From the human T2T-CHM13v2.0 reference genome, Homo sapiens: 64,000 nucleotides of DNA. The stretch is from assembly GCF_009914755.1 (NCBI RefSeq), contig NC_060925.1. One strand, given 5' to 3'. Shown here piece after piece: positions 28,632 to 41,918 of this stretch (its first letter is position 1; every line of letters begins with the position of its first letter). The notes under the pieces were generated by a model, which saw nothing but the letters and a program-made list of their open reading frames with translations, was not told the origin of the DNA and did not search any database. A program made the position numbers and the translations under genes.

Positions 28632-29694
28632 ATGGAATCGTCATCGAATGAATTGACTGCAATCATCCAATGGTCTCGAATGGAATCATCTTCAAATGGA
28701 ATGGAATGGAATCATCGCATAGAATCGAATGGAATTATCATCGAATGGAATCGAATGGAATCAACATCAAACGGAAAAAAACGGAATTATCGAATGGAAT
28801 CGAAGAGAATCATCGAATGGACCCGAATGGAATCATCTAATGGAATGGAATGGAATAATCCATGGACTCCAATGCAATCATCATCGAATGGAATCGAATG
28901 GAATCATCGAATGAACTCGAATGGAATCATCATTGAATGGAATCGAATGGAATCATCGAGTGGAATCGAATGGAATTATGATCAAATGGAATTGAATGTA
29001 ATCATCATCAAATGGAATCAAAAATAACCATCATCAATTGGTATTGAATGGAATTGTCATCAAATGGAATTCAAAGGAATCATCATCAAATGGAACCGAA
29101 TGGAATCCTCATTGAATGGAAATGAAAGGGGTCATCATCTAATGGAATCGCATGGAATCATCATCAAATGGAATCGAATGGAATCATCATCAAATGGAAT
29201 CTAATGGAATCATTGAACAGAATTGAATGGAATCGTCATCGAATGAATTGAATGCAATCATCGAATGGTCTCGAATGGAATCATCTTCTAATGGAAAGGA
29301 ATGGAATCATCGCATAGAATCGAATGGAATTATCATCGAATGGAATCGAATGGTATCAACACCAAACGGAAAAAAACGGAATTATCGAATGGAATCGAAG
29401 AGAATCTTCGAACGGACCCGAATGGAATCATCTAATGGAATGGAATGGAATAATCCATGGACTCGAATGCAATCATCATCGAATGGAATCGAATGGAATC
29501 ATCGAATGGACTCGAATGGAATAATCATTGAACGGAATCGAATGGAATCATCATCGGATGGAAACGAATGGAATCATCATCGAATGGAAATGAATGGAGT
29601 CATCATCTAACGGAATTGCATGGAATCATCATAAAATGGAATCGAATGGAATCAACATCAAATGGAATCAAATGGAATCATTGAACGGAATTGA
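28632..29694 (+). repeat. 1063-bp deleted unit (713-bp deletion); same junction at ~28912, 38856, 43471, 46310, 49149, 51988
   Basis: The junction reads GGAATCATCGAATG|AACTCGAATGGAATCATCATTG, and the CCAGTGTGATC...GGAACAGTC segment is missing. The B-to-B distance 28632 to 29695 is 1063. Confidence 0.9.
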
Positions 29695-30198
29695 ATGGAA
29701 TCGTCATCGAATGAATTGACTGCAATCATCGAATGGTCTCGAATGGAATCATCTTCAAATGGAATGGAATGGAATCATCGCATAGAATCGAATGGAATTA
29801 TCATCGAATGGAATCGAATGGAATCAACATCAAACGGAAAAAAACGGAATTATCGAATGGAATCGAAGAGAATCATCGAATGGACCCGAATGGAATCATC
29901 TAATGGAATGGAATGGAATAATCCATGGACTCGAATGCAATCATCATCGAATGGAATCGAATGGAATCATCGAATGGACTCGAATGGAATAATCATTGAA
30001 CGGAAACGAATGGAATCATCATCGGATGGAAATGAATGGAATCATCATCGAATGGAATCGAATAGAATTATGGAATGAAATCCAGTGTGATCATCATCGA
30101 ATGGACCCGAATGGAATCATCATCCAACGGAAGCTAATGGAATCAACATCGAATGAATCGAATGGAAACACCATCGAATTGAAACGAATGGAATTATC

Positions 30199-31974
30199 AT
30201 GAAATTGAAATGGATGGACTCATCATCGAATGGATTCGAATGGAATCATCGAATAAAATTGATTGAAATCATCATCGAATGGAATCGAATGGTATCATTG
30301 AATGGAATCGAATGGAATCATCATCAGATGGAAATGAATGGAATCGTCATAGAATGGAATCGAATGGATTCATTGAATGGAATCAGATGGAATCATCGAA
30401 TGGACTGGAATGGAATCATTGAATGGACTCGAAAGGGATCATGATTGAATGGAATTGAATGGAATCATCGAATGGTCTCGATTGGAATCATTATCAAATG
30501 GAATCGAATGGAATCACCGAATAGAATCGAATGGAACAATCATCGAATGGACTCAAATGGAATTATCCTCCAATGGAATCGAATGGAATTATCGAATGCA
30601 ATCGAATGGAATTATCGAATGCAATCGAATAGAATCATCGAATGGACTCGAATGGAATCATCGAATGGAATGGAATGGAACAGTCAATGAACTCGAATGG
30701 AATCATCATTGAATGGAATCGAATGGAATCATCGAGTGGAATCGAATGGAATTATGATCAAATGGAATCGAATGTAATCATCATCAAATGGAATCAAAAA
30801 TAACCATCATCAATTGGTATTGAATGGAATTGTCATCAAATGGAATTCAAAGGAATCATCATCAAATGGAACCGAATGGAATCCTCATTGAATGGAAATG
30901 AAAGGGGTCATAATCTAATGGAATCGCATGGAATCATCATCAAATGGAATCGAATGGAATCATCATCAAATGGAATCTAATGGAATCATTGAACAGAATT
31001 GAATGGAATCGTCATCGAATGAATTGAATGCAATCATCGAATGGTCTCGAATGGAATCATCTTCTAATGGAAAGGAATGGAATCATCGCATAGAATCGAA
31101 TGGAATTATCATCGAATGGAATCGAATGGTATCAACACCAAACGGAAAAAAACGGAATTATCGAATGGAATCGAAGAGAATCTTCGAACGGACCCGAATG
31201 GAATCATCTAATGGAATGGAATGGAATAATCCATGGACTCGAATGCAATCATCATCGAATGGAATCGAATGGAATCATCGAATGGACTCGAATGGAATAA
31301 TCATTGAACGGAATTGATTGGAATCATCATCGGATGGAAACGAATGGAATCATCATCGAATGGAAATGAAAGGAGTCATCATCTAATGCAATTGCATGGA
31401 ATCATCATCAAATGGAATCGAATGGAATCAACATCAAATGGAATCAAATGGAATCATTGAACGGAATTGAATGGAATCGTCATCGAAAGAATTGACTGCA
31501 ATCATCGAATGGTCTCGAATGGAATCATCTTCAAATGGAATGGAATGGAATCATCGCATAGAATCGAATGGAATTATCATCGAATGGAATCGAATGGAAT
31601 CAACATCAAACGGAAAAAAACGGAATTATCGAATGGAATCGAAGAGAATCATCGAATGGACCCGAATGGAATCATCTAATGGAATGGAATGGAATAATCC
31701 ATGGACTCGAATGCAATCATCATCGAATGGAATCGAATGGAATCATCGAATGGACTCGAATGGAATAATCATTGAACGGAATCGAATGGAATCATCATCG
31801 GATGGAAATGAATGGAATCATCATCGAATGGAATCGAATAGAATTATGGAATGAAATCCAGTGTGATCATCATCGAATGGACCCGAATGGAATCATCATC
31901 CAACGGAAGCTAATGGAATCAACATCGAATGAATCAAATGGAAACACCACCGAATTGAAACGAATGGAATTACC
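30199..31974 (+). repeat. Representative canonical 1776-bp repeat unit
   Basis: The landmark ATGAAATTGAAATGGATGG occurs at 30199 and again at 31975. The same 1776 spacing holds for 4211-5987, 33752-35528-37304 and 55052-56828-58604-60380-62156. Confidence 0.95.
30894..31829 (+). repeat. Internal 2 x 468-bp direct duplication (subunits A and B) present in every canonical unit
   Basis: GGAAATGAAAGGGGTC at 30894 and GGAAATGAAAGGAGTC at 31362 are 468 apart. The paired 'MESSSNEL' ORF starts are 468 apart (1464/1932, 31003/31471, 55856/56324). A carries TTCTAATGGAAAGG; B carries TTCAAATGGAATGG. Confidence 0.92.
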
Positions 31975-34900
31975 ATGAAATTGAAATGGATGGACTCATC
32001 ATCGAATGGATTCGAATGGAATCATCGAATAAAATTGATTGAAATCATCATCGAATGGAATCGAATGGTATCATTGAATGGAATCGAATGGAATCATCAT
32101 CAGATGGAAATGAATGGAATCGTCATAGAATGGAATCGAATGGATTCATTGAATGGAATCAGATGGAATCATCGAATGGACTGGAATGGAATCATTGAAT
32201 GGACTCGAAAGGGATCATGATTGAATGGAATTTAATGGAATCATCGAATGGTCTCGATTGGAATCATTATCAAATGGAATCGAATGGAATCACCGAATAG
32301 AATCGAATGGAACAATCATCGAATGGACTCAAATGGAATTATCTTCAAATGGAATCGAATGGAATTATCAAATGCAATCGAATGGAATTATCGAATGCAA
32401 TCGAATAGAATCATCGAATGGACTCGAATGGAATCATCGAATGGAATGGAATGGAACAGTCAATGAACTCGAATGGAATCATCATTGAATGGAACCGAAT
32501 GGAATCATCGAGTGGAATCGAATGGAATTATGATCAAATGGAATCGAATGTTATCATCATCAAATGGAATCAAAAATAACCATCATCAATTGGTATTGAA
32601 TGGAATTGTCATCAAATAGAATTCAAAGGAATCATCATCAAATGGAACCGAATGGAATCCTCATTGAATGGAAATGAAAGGGGTCATCATCTAATGGAAT
32701 CGCATGGAATCATCATCAAATGGAATCGAATGGAATCATCATCAAATGGAATCTAATGGAATCATTGAACAGAATTGAATGGAATCGTCATCGAATGAAT
32801 TGAATGCAATCATCGAATGGTCTCTAATGGAATCATCTTCTAATGGAAAGGAATGGAATCATCGCATAGAATCGAATGGAATTATCATCGAATGGAATCG
32901 AATGGTATCAACACCAAACGGAAAAAAAACGGAATTATCGAATGGAATCGAAGAGAATCTTCGAACGGACCCGAATGGAATCATCTAATGGAATGGAATG
33001 GAATAATCCATGAACTCGAATGCAATCATCATCGAATGGAATCGAATGGAATCATCGAATGGACTCGAATGGAATAATCATTTAACGGAATCGAATGGAA
33101 TCATCATCGGATGGAAACGAATGGAATCATCATCGAATGGAAATGAAAGGAGTCATCATCTAATGGAATTGCATGGAATCATCATAAAATGGAATCGAAT
33201 GGAATCAACATCAAATGGAATCAAATGGAATCATTGAACGGAATTGAATGGAATCGTCATCGAATGAATTGACTGCAATCATCCAATGGTCTCGAATGGA
33301 ATCATCTTCAAATGGAATGGAATGGAATCATCGCATAGAATCGAATGGAATTATCATCGAATGGAATCGAATGGAATCAACATCCAACGGAAAAAAACGG
33401 AATTATCGAATGGAATCGAAGAGAATCATCGAATGGACCCGAATGGAATCATCTAATGGAATGGAATTGAATAATCGATGGACTCGAATGCAATCATCAT
33501 CGAATGGAATCGAATGGAATCATCGAATGGACTCGAATGGAATAATCATTGAACGGAATCGAATGGAATCATCATCGGATGGAAATGAATGGAATCATCA
33601 TCGAATGGAATCGAATAGAATTATGGAATGAAATCCAGTGTGATCATCATCGAATGGACCCGAATGGAATCATCATCCAACGGAAGCTAATGGAATCAAC
33701 ATCGAATGAATCAAATGGAAACACCAACGAATTGAAACGAATGGAATTATCATGAAATTGAAATGGATGGACTCATCATCGAATGGATTCGAATGGAATC
33801 ATCGAATAAAATTGATTGAAATCATCATCGAATGGAATCGAATGGTATCATTGAATGGAATCGAATGGAATCATCATCAGATGGAAATGAATGGAATCGT
33901 CATAGAATGGAATCGAATGGATTCATTGAATGGAATCAGATGGAATCATCGAATGGACTGGAATGGAATCATTGAATGGACTCGAAAGGGATCATGATTG
34001 AATGGAATTGAATGGAATCATCGAATGGTCTCGATTGGAATCATTATCAAATGGAATCGAATGGAATCACCGAATAGAATCGAATGGAACAATCATCGAA
34101 TGGACTCAAATGGAATTATCCTCAAATGGAATCGAATGGAATTATCAAATGCAATCGAATGGAATTATCGAATGCAATCGAATAGAATCATCGAATGGAC
34201 TCGAATGGAATCATCGAATGGAATGGAATGGAACAGTCAATGAACTCGAATGGAATCATCATTGAATGGAATCGAATGGAATCATCGAGTGGAATCGAAT
34301 GGAATTATGATCAAATGGAATCGAATGTTATCATCATCAAATGGAATCAAAAATAACCATCATCAATTGGTATTGAATGGAATTGTCATCAAATGGAATT
34401 CAAAGGAATCATCATCAAATGGAACCGAATGGAATCCTCATTGAATGGAAATGAAAGGGGTCATCATCTAATGGAATCGCATGGAATCATCATCAAATGG
34501 AATCGAATGGAATCATCATCAAATGGAATCTAATGGAATCATTGAACAGAATTGAATGGAATCGTCATCGAATGAATTGAATGCAATCATCGAATGGTCT
34601 CGAATGGAATCATCTTCTAATGGAAAGGAATGGAATCATCGCATAGAATCGAATGGAATTATCATCGAATGGAATCGAATGGTATCAACACCAAACGGAA
34701 AAAAACGGAATTATCGAATGGAATCGAAGAGAATCTTCGAACGGACCCGAATGGAATCATCTAATGGAATGGAATGGAATAATCCATGAACTCGAATGCA
34801 ATCATCATCGAATGGAATCGAATGGAATCATCGAATGGACTCGAATGGAATAATCATTGAACGGAATCGAATGGAATCATCATCGGATGGAAACGAATGG

Positions 34901-37900
34901 AATCATCATCGAATGGAAATGAAAGGAGTCATCATCTAATGGAATTGCATGGAATCATCATAAAATGGAATCGAATGGAATCAACATCAAATGGAATCAA
35001 ATGGAATCATTGAGCGGAATTGAATGGAATCGTCATCGAATGAATTGACTGCAATCATCGAATGGTCTCGAATGGAATCATCTTCAAATGGAATGGAATG
35101 GAATCATCGCATAGAATCGAATGGAATTATCATCGAATGGAATCGAATGGAATCAACATCCAACGGAAAAAAACGGAATTATCGAATGGAATCGAAGAGA
35201 ATCATCGAATGGACCCGAATGGAATCATCTAATGGAATGGAATGGAATAATCCATGGACTCGAATGCAATCATCATCGAATGGAATCGAATGGAATCATC
35301 GAATGGACTCGAATGGAATAATCATTGAACGGAATCGAATGGAATCATCATCGGATGGAAATGAATGGAATCATCATCGAATGGAATCGAATAGAATTAT
35401 GGAATGAAATCCAGTGTGATCATCATCGAATGGACCCGAATGGAATCATCATCCAACGGAAGCTAATGGAATCAACATAGAATGAATCAAATGGAAACAC
35501 CATCGAATTGAAACGAATGGAATTATCATGAAATTGAAATGGATGGACTCATCATCGAATGGATTCGAATGGAATCATCGAATAAAATTGATTGAAATCA
35601 TCATCCAATGGAATCGAATGGTATCATTGAATGGAATCGAATGGAATCATCATCAGATGGAAATGAATGGAATCGTCATAGAATGGAATCGAATGGATTC
35701 ATTGAATGGAATCAGATGGAATCATCGAATGGACTGGAATGGAATCATTGAATGGACTCGAAAGGGATCATTTTTGAATGGAATTGAATGGAATCATCGA
35801 ATGGTCTCGATTGGAATCATTATCAAATGGAATCGAATGGAATCACCGAATAGAATCGAATGGAACAATCATCGAATGGACTCAAATGGAATTATCCTCC
35901 AATGGAATCGAATGGAATTATCGAATGCAATCGAATGGAATTATCGAATGCAATCGAATAGAATCATCGAATGGACTCGAATGGAATCATCGAATGGAAT
36001 GGAATGGAACAGTCAATGAACTCGAATGGAATCATCATTGAATGGAATCGAATGGAATCATCGAGTGGAATCGAATGGAATTATGATCAAATGGAATCGA
36101 ATGTAATCATCATCAAATGGAATCAAAAATAACCATCATCAATTGGTATTGAATGGAATTGTCATCAAATGGAATTCAAAGGAATCATCATCAAATGGAA
36201 CCGAATGGAATCCTCATTGAATGGAAATGAAAGGGGTCATCATCTAATGGAATCGCATGGAATCATCATCAAATGGAATCGAATGGAATCATCATCAAAT
36301 GGAATCTAATGGAATCATTGAACAGAATTGAATGGAATCGTCATCGAATGAATTGAATGCAATCATCGAATGGTCTCGAATGGAATCATCTTCTAATGGA
36401 AAGGAATGGAATCATCGCATAGAATCGAATGGAATTATCATCGAATGGAATCGGATGGTATCAACACCAAACGGAAAAAAACGGAATTATCGAATGGAAT
36501 CGAAGAGAATCTTCGAACGGACCCGAATGGAATCATCTAATGGAATGGAATGGAATAATCCATGGACTCGAATGCAATCATCATCGAATGGAATCGAATG
36601 GAATCATCGAATGGACTCGAATGGAATAATCATTGAACGGAATCGAATGGAATCATCATCGGATGGAAACGAATGGAATCATCATCGAATGGAAATGAAA
36701 GGAGTCATCATCTAATGGAATTGCATGGAATCATCATAAAATGGAATCGAATGGAATCAACATCAAATGGAATCAAATGGAATCATTGAACGGAATTGAA
36801 TGGAATCGTCATCGAATGAATTGAATGCAATCATCGAATGGTCTCGAATGGAATCATCTTCAAATGGAATGGAATGGAATCATCGCATAGACTCGAATGG
36901 AATTATCATCGAATGGAATCGAATGGAATCAACATCAAACGGAAAAAAACGGAATTATCGAATGGAATCGAAGAGAATCATCGAATGGACCCGAATGGAA
37001 TCATCTAATGGAATGGAATGGAATAATCCATGGACTCGAATGCAATCATCATCGAATGGAATCGAATGGAATCATCGAATGGACTCGAATGGAATAATCA
37101 TTGAACGGAATCGAATGGAATCATCATCGGATGGAAATGAATGGAATCATCATCGAATGGAATCGAATAGAATTATGGAATGAAATCCAGTGTGATCATC
37201 ATCGAATGGACCCGAATGGAATCATCATCCAACGGAAGCTAATGGAATCAACATCGAATGAATCGAATGGAAACACCATCGAATTGAAACGAATGGAATT
37301 ATCATGAAATTGAAATGGATGGACTCATCATCGAATGGATTCGAATGGAATCATCGAATAAAATTGATTGAAATCATCATCGAATGGAATCGAATGGTAT
37401 CATTGAATGGAATCGAATGGAATCATCATCAGATGGAAATGAATGGAATCGTCATAGAATGGAATCGAATGGATTCATTGAATGGAATCAGATGGAATCA
37501 TCGAATGGACTGGAATGGAATCATTGAATGGACTCGAAAGGGATCATTATTGAATGGAATTGAATGGAATCATCGAATGGTCTCGATTGGAATGATTATC
37601 AAATGGAATCGAATGGAATCACCGAATAGAATCGAATGGAACAATCATCGAATGGACTCAAATGGAATTATCCTCCAATGGAATCGAATGGAATTATCGA
37701 ATGCAATCGAATGGAATTATCGAATGCAATCGAATAGAATCATCGAATGGACTCGAATGGAATCATCGAATGGAATGGAATGGAACAGTCAATGAACTCG
37801 AATGGAATCATCATTGAATGGAATCGAATGGAATCATCGAGTGGAATCGAATGGAATTATGATCAAATGGAATCGAATGGAATCATCATCAAATGGAATC

Positions 37901-40900
37901 AAAAATAACCATCATCAATTGGTATTGAATGGAATTGTCATCAAATGGAATTCAAAGGAATCATCATCAAATGGAACCGAATGGAATCCTCATTGAATGG
38001 AAATGAAAGGGGTCATCATCTAATGGAATTGCATGGAATCATCATCAAATGGAATCGAATGGAATCATCATCAAATGGAATCTAATGGAATCATTGAACA
38101 GAATTGAATGGAATCGTCATCGAATGAATTGAATGCAATCATCGAATGGTCTCGAATGGAATCATCTTCTAATGGAAAGGAATGGAATCATCGCATAGAA
38201 TCGAATGGAATTATCATCGAATGGAATCGAATGGTATCAACACCAAACGGAAAAAAACGGAATTATCGAATGGAATCGAAGAGAATCTTCGAACGGACCC
38301 GAATGGAATCATCTAATGGAATGGAATGGAATAATCCATGGACTCGAATGCAATCATCATCGAATGGAATCGAATGGAATCATCGAATGGACTCGAATGG
38401 AATAATCATTGAACGGAATCGAATGGAATCATCATCGGATGGAAACGAATGGAATCATCATCGAATGGAAATGAAAGGAGTCATCATCTAATGGAATTGC
38501 ATGGAATCATCATCAAATGGAATCGAATGGAATCAACATCAAATGGAATCAAATGGAATCATTGAACGGAATTGAATGGAATCGTCATCGAATGAATTGA
38601 CTGCAATCATCGAATGGTCTCGAATGGAATCATCTTCAAATGGAATGGAATGGAATCATCGCATAGAATCGAATGGAATTATCATCGAATGGAATCTAAT
38701 GGAATCAACATCAAACGGAAAAAAACGGAATTATCGAATGGAATCGAAGAGAATCATCGAATGGACCCGAATGGAATCATCTAATGGAATGGAATGGAAT
38801 AATCCATGGACTCGAATGCAATCATCATCGAATGGAATCGAATGGAATCATCGAATGAACCCGAATGGAATCATCATTGAATGGAATCGAATGGAATCAT
38901 CGAGTGGAATCCAATGGAATTATGATCAAATGGAATCGAATGTAATCATCATCAAATGGAATCAAAAATAACCATCATCAATTGGTATTGAATGGAATTG
39001 TCATCAAATGGAATTCAAAGGAATCATCATCAAATGGAACCGAATGGAATCCTCATTGAATGGAAATGAAAGGGGTCATCATCTAATGGAATCGCATGGA
39101 ATCATCATCAAATGGAATCGAATGGAATCATCATCAAATGGAATCTAATGGAATCATTGAACAGAATTGAATGGAATCGTCATCGAATGAATTGAATGCA
39201 ATCATCGAATGGTCTCGAATTGAATTATCTTCTAATGGAAATGAATGGAATCATCGCATAGAATCGAATGGAATTAACATTGAATGGACTCGAATGGAAT
39301 CAACATCAAACGGAATCAAGCGGAATTATCGAATGGAATCGAAGAGATTCATCGAATGGACTCGAATGGAATCATCTAATGGAATGGAATGGAATAATCC
39401 ATGGACCAGAATGCAATCATCATCGTATAAAATCGAATGGAATCATCGAATGGACTCGAATGGAATAATCATTGAACGGAATCGAATGGAATCATCATCG
39501 GATGGAAACGAATGGAATCATCATCGAATGGAAATGAAAGGAGTCATCATCTAATGGAATTGCATGGAATCATCATAAAATGGAATCGAATGGAATCAAC
39601 ATCAAATGGAATCAAATGGAATCATTGAACGGAATTGAATGGAGTCGTCATCGAATGAATTGAATGCAATCATCGAATGGTCTCGAATGGAATCATCTTC
39701 AAATGGAATGGAATGGAATCATCGCATAGAATCGAATGGAATTATCATCGAATGGAATCGAATGGAATCAACCTCAAACGGAAAAAAACGGAATTATCGA
39801 ATGGAATCGAAGAGAATCATCGAATGGACCCGAATGGAATCATCTAATGGAATGGAATGGAGTAATCCATGGACTCGAATGCAATCATCATCGAATGGAA
39901 TCGAATGGAATCATCGAGTGGACTCGAATGGAATAATCATTGAACGGAATCGAATGGAATCATCATCGGATGGAAATGAATGGAATCATCATCGAATGGA
40001 ATCGAATAGAATTATGGAATGAAATCCAGTGTGATCATCATCGAATGGACCCGAATGGAATCATCATCCAATGGAAGCTAATGGAATCAACATCGAATGA
40101 ATCGAATGGAAACACCATCGAATTGAAACGAATGGAATTACCATGAAATTGAAATGGATGGAGTCATCATCGAATGGATTCGGATGGAATCATCGAATAA
40201 AATTGATTGAAATCATCATCGAATGGAATCGAATGGTATCATTGAATGGAATCGAATGGAATCATCATCAGATGGAAATGAATGGAATCGTCATAGAATG
40301 GAATCGAATGGATTCATTGAATGGAATCAGATGGAATCATCGAATGGACTGGAATGGAATCATTGAATGGACTCGAAAGGGATCATGATTGAATGGAATT
40401 GAATGGAATCATGGAATGGTCTCGATTGGAATCATTATCAAATGGAATCGAATGGAATCACCGAATAGAATCGAATGGAACAATCATCGAACGGACTCAA
40501 ATGGAATTATCCTTAAATGGAATCGAATGGAATTATCGAATGCAATCGAATGGAATTATCGAATGCAATCGAATAGAATCATCGAATGGACTCGAATGGA
40601 ATCATCGAATGGAATGGAATGGAACAGTCAATGAACTCGAATGGAATCATCATTGAATGGAATCGAATGGAATCATCGAGTGGAATCGAATGGAATTATG
40701 ATCAAATGGAATCGAATGTAATCATCATCAAATGGAATCAAAAATAACCATCATCAATTGGTATTGAATGGAATTGTCATCAAATGGAATTCAAAGGAAT
40801 CATCATCAAATGGAACTGAATGGAATCCTCATTGAATGGAAATGAAAGGGGTCATCATCTAATGGAATCGCATGGAATCATCATCAAATGGAATCGAATG

Positions 40901-41918
40901 GAATCATCATCAAATGGAATCTAATGGAATCATTGAACAGAATTGAATGGAATCGTCATCGAATGAATTGAATGCAATCATCGAATGGTCTCGAATGGAA
41001 TCATCTTCTAATGGAAATGAATGGAATCATCGCATAGAATCGAATGGAATTAACATTGAATGGACTCGAATGGAATCAACATCAAACGGAATCAAGCGGA
41101 ATTATCGAATGGAATCGAAGAGATTCATTGAATGGACTCGAATAGAATCATCTAATGGAATGGAATGGAATAATCCATGGACCCGAATGCAATCATCATC
41201 GTATAAAATCGAATGGAATCATCGAATGGACTCGAATGGAATAATCATTGAACGGAATCGAATGGAATCATCATCGGATGGAAACGAATGGAATCATCAT
41301 CGAATGGAAATGAAAGGAGTCATCATCTAATGGAATTGCATGGAATCATCATAAAATGGAATCGAATGGAATCAACATCAAATGGAATCAAATGGAATCA
41401 TTGAACGGAATTGAATGGAGCCGTCATCGAATGAATTGAATGCAATCATCGAATGGTCTCGAATGGAATCATCTTCAAATGGAATGGAATGGAATCATCG
41501 CATAGAATCGAATGGAATTATCATCGAATGGAATCGAATGGAATCAACATCCAACGGAAAAAAACGGAATTATCGAATGGAATCGAAGAGAATCATCGAA
41601 TGGACCCGAATGGAATCATCTAATGGAATGGAATGGAATAATCCATGGACTCGAATGCAATCATCATCGAATGGAATCGAATGGAATCATCGAGTGGACT
41701 CGAATGGAATAATCATTGAACGGAAACGAATGGAATCATCATCGGATGGAAATGAATGGAATCATCATCGAATGGAATCGAATAGAATTATGGAATGAAA
41801 TCCAGTGTGATCATCATCGAATGGACCCGAATGGAATCATCATCCAACGGAAGCTAATGGAATCAACATCGAATGAATCGAATGGAAACACCATCGAATT
41901 GAAACGAATGGAATTATC

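Noticed and set aside
32920-32931. A8 instead of A7 (1777-bp units at ~32921, 54221, 63102) as a programmed frameshift
   Set aside because: It is a simple homopolymer variant in non-coding DNA, useful only as a lineage marker.
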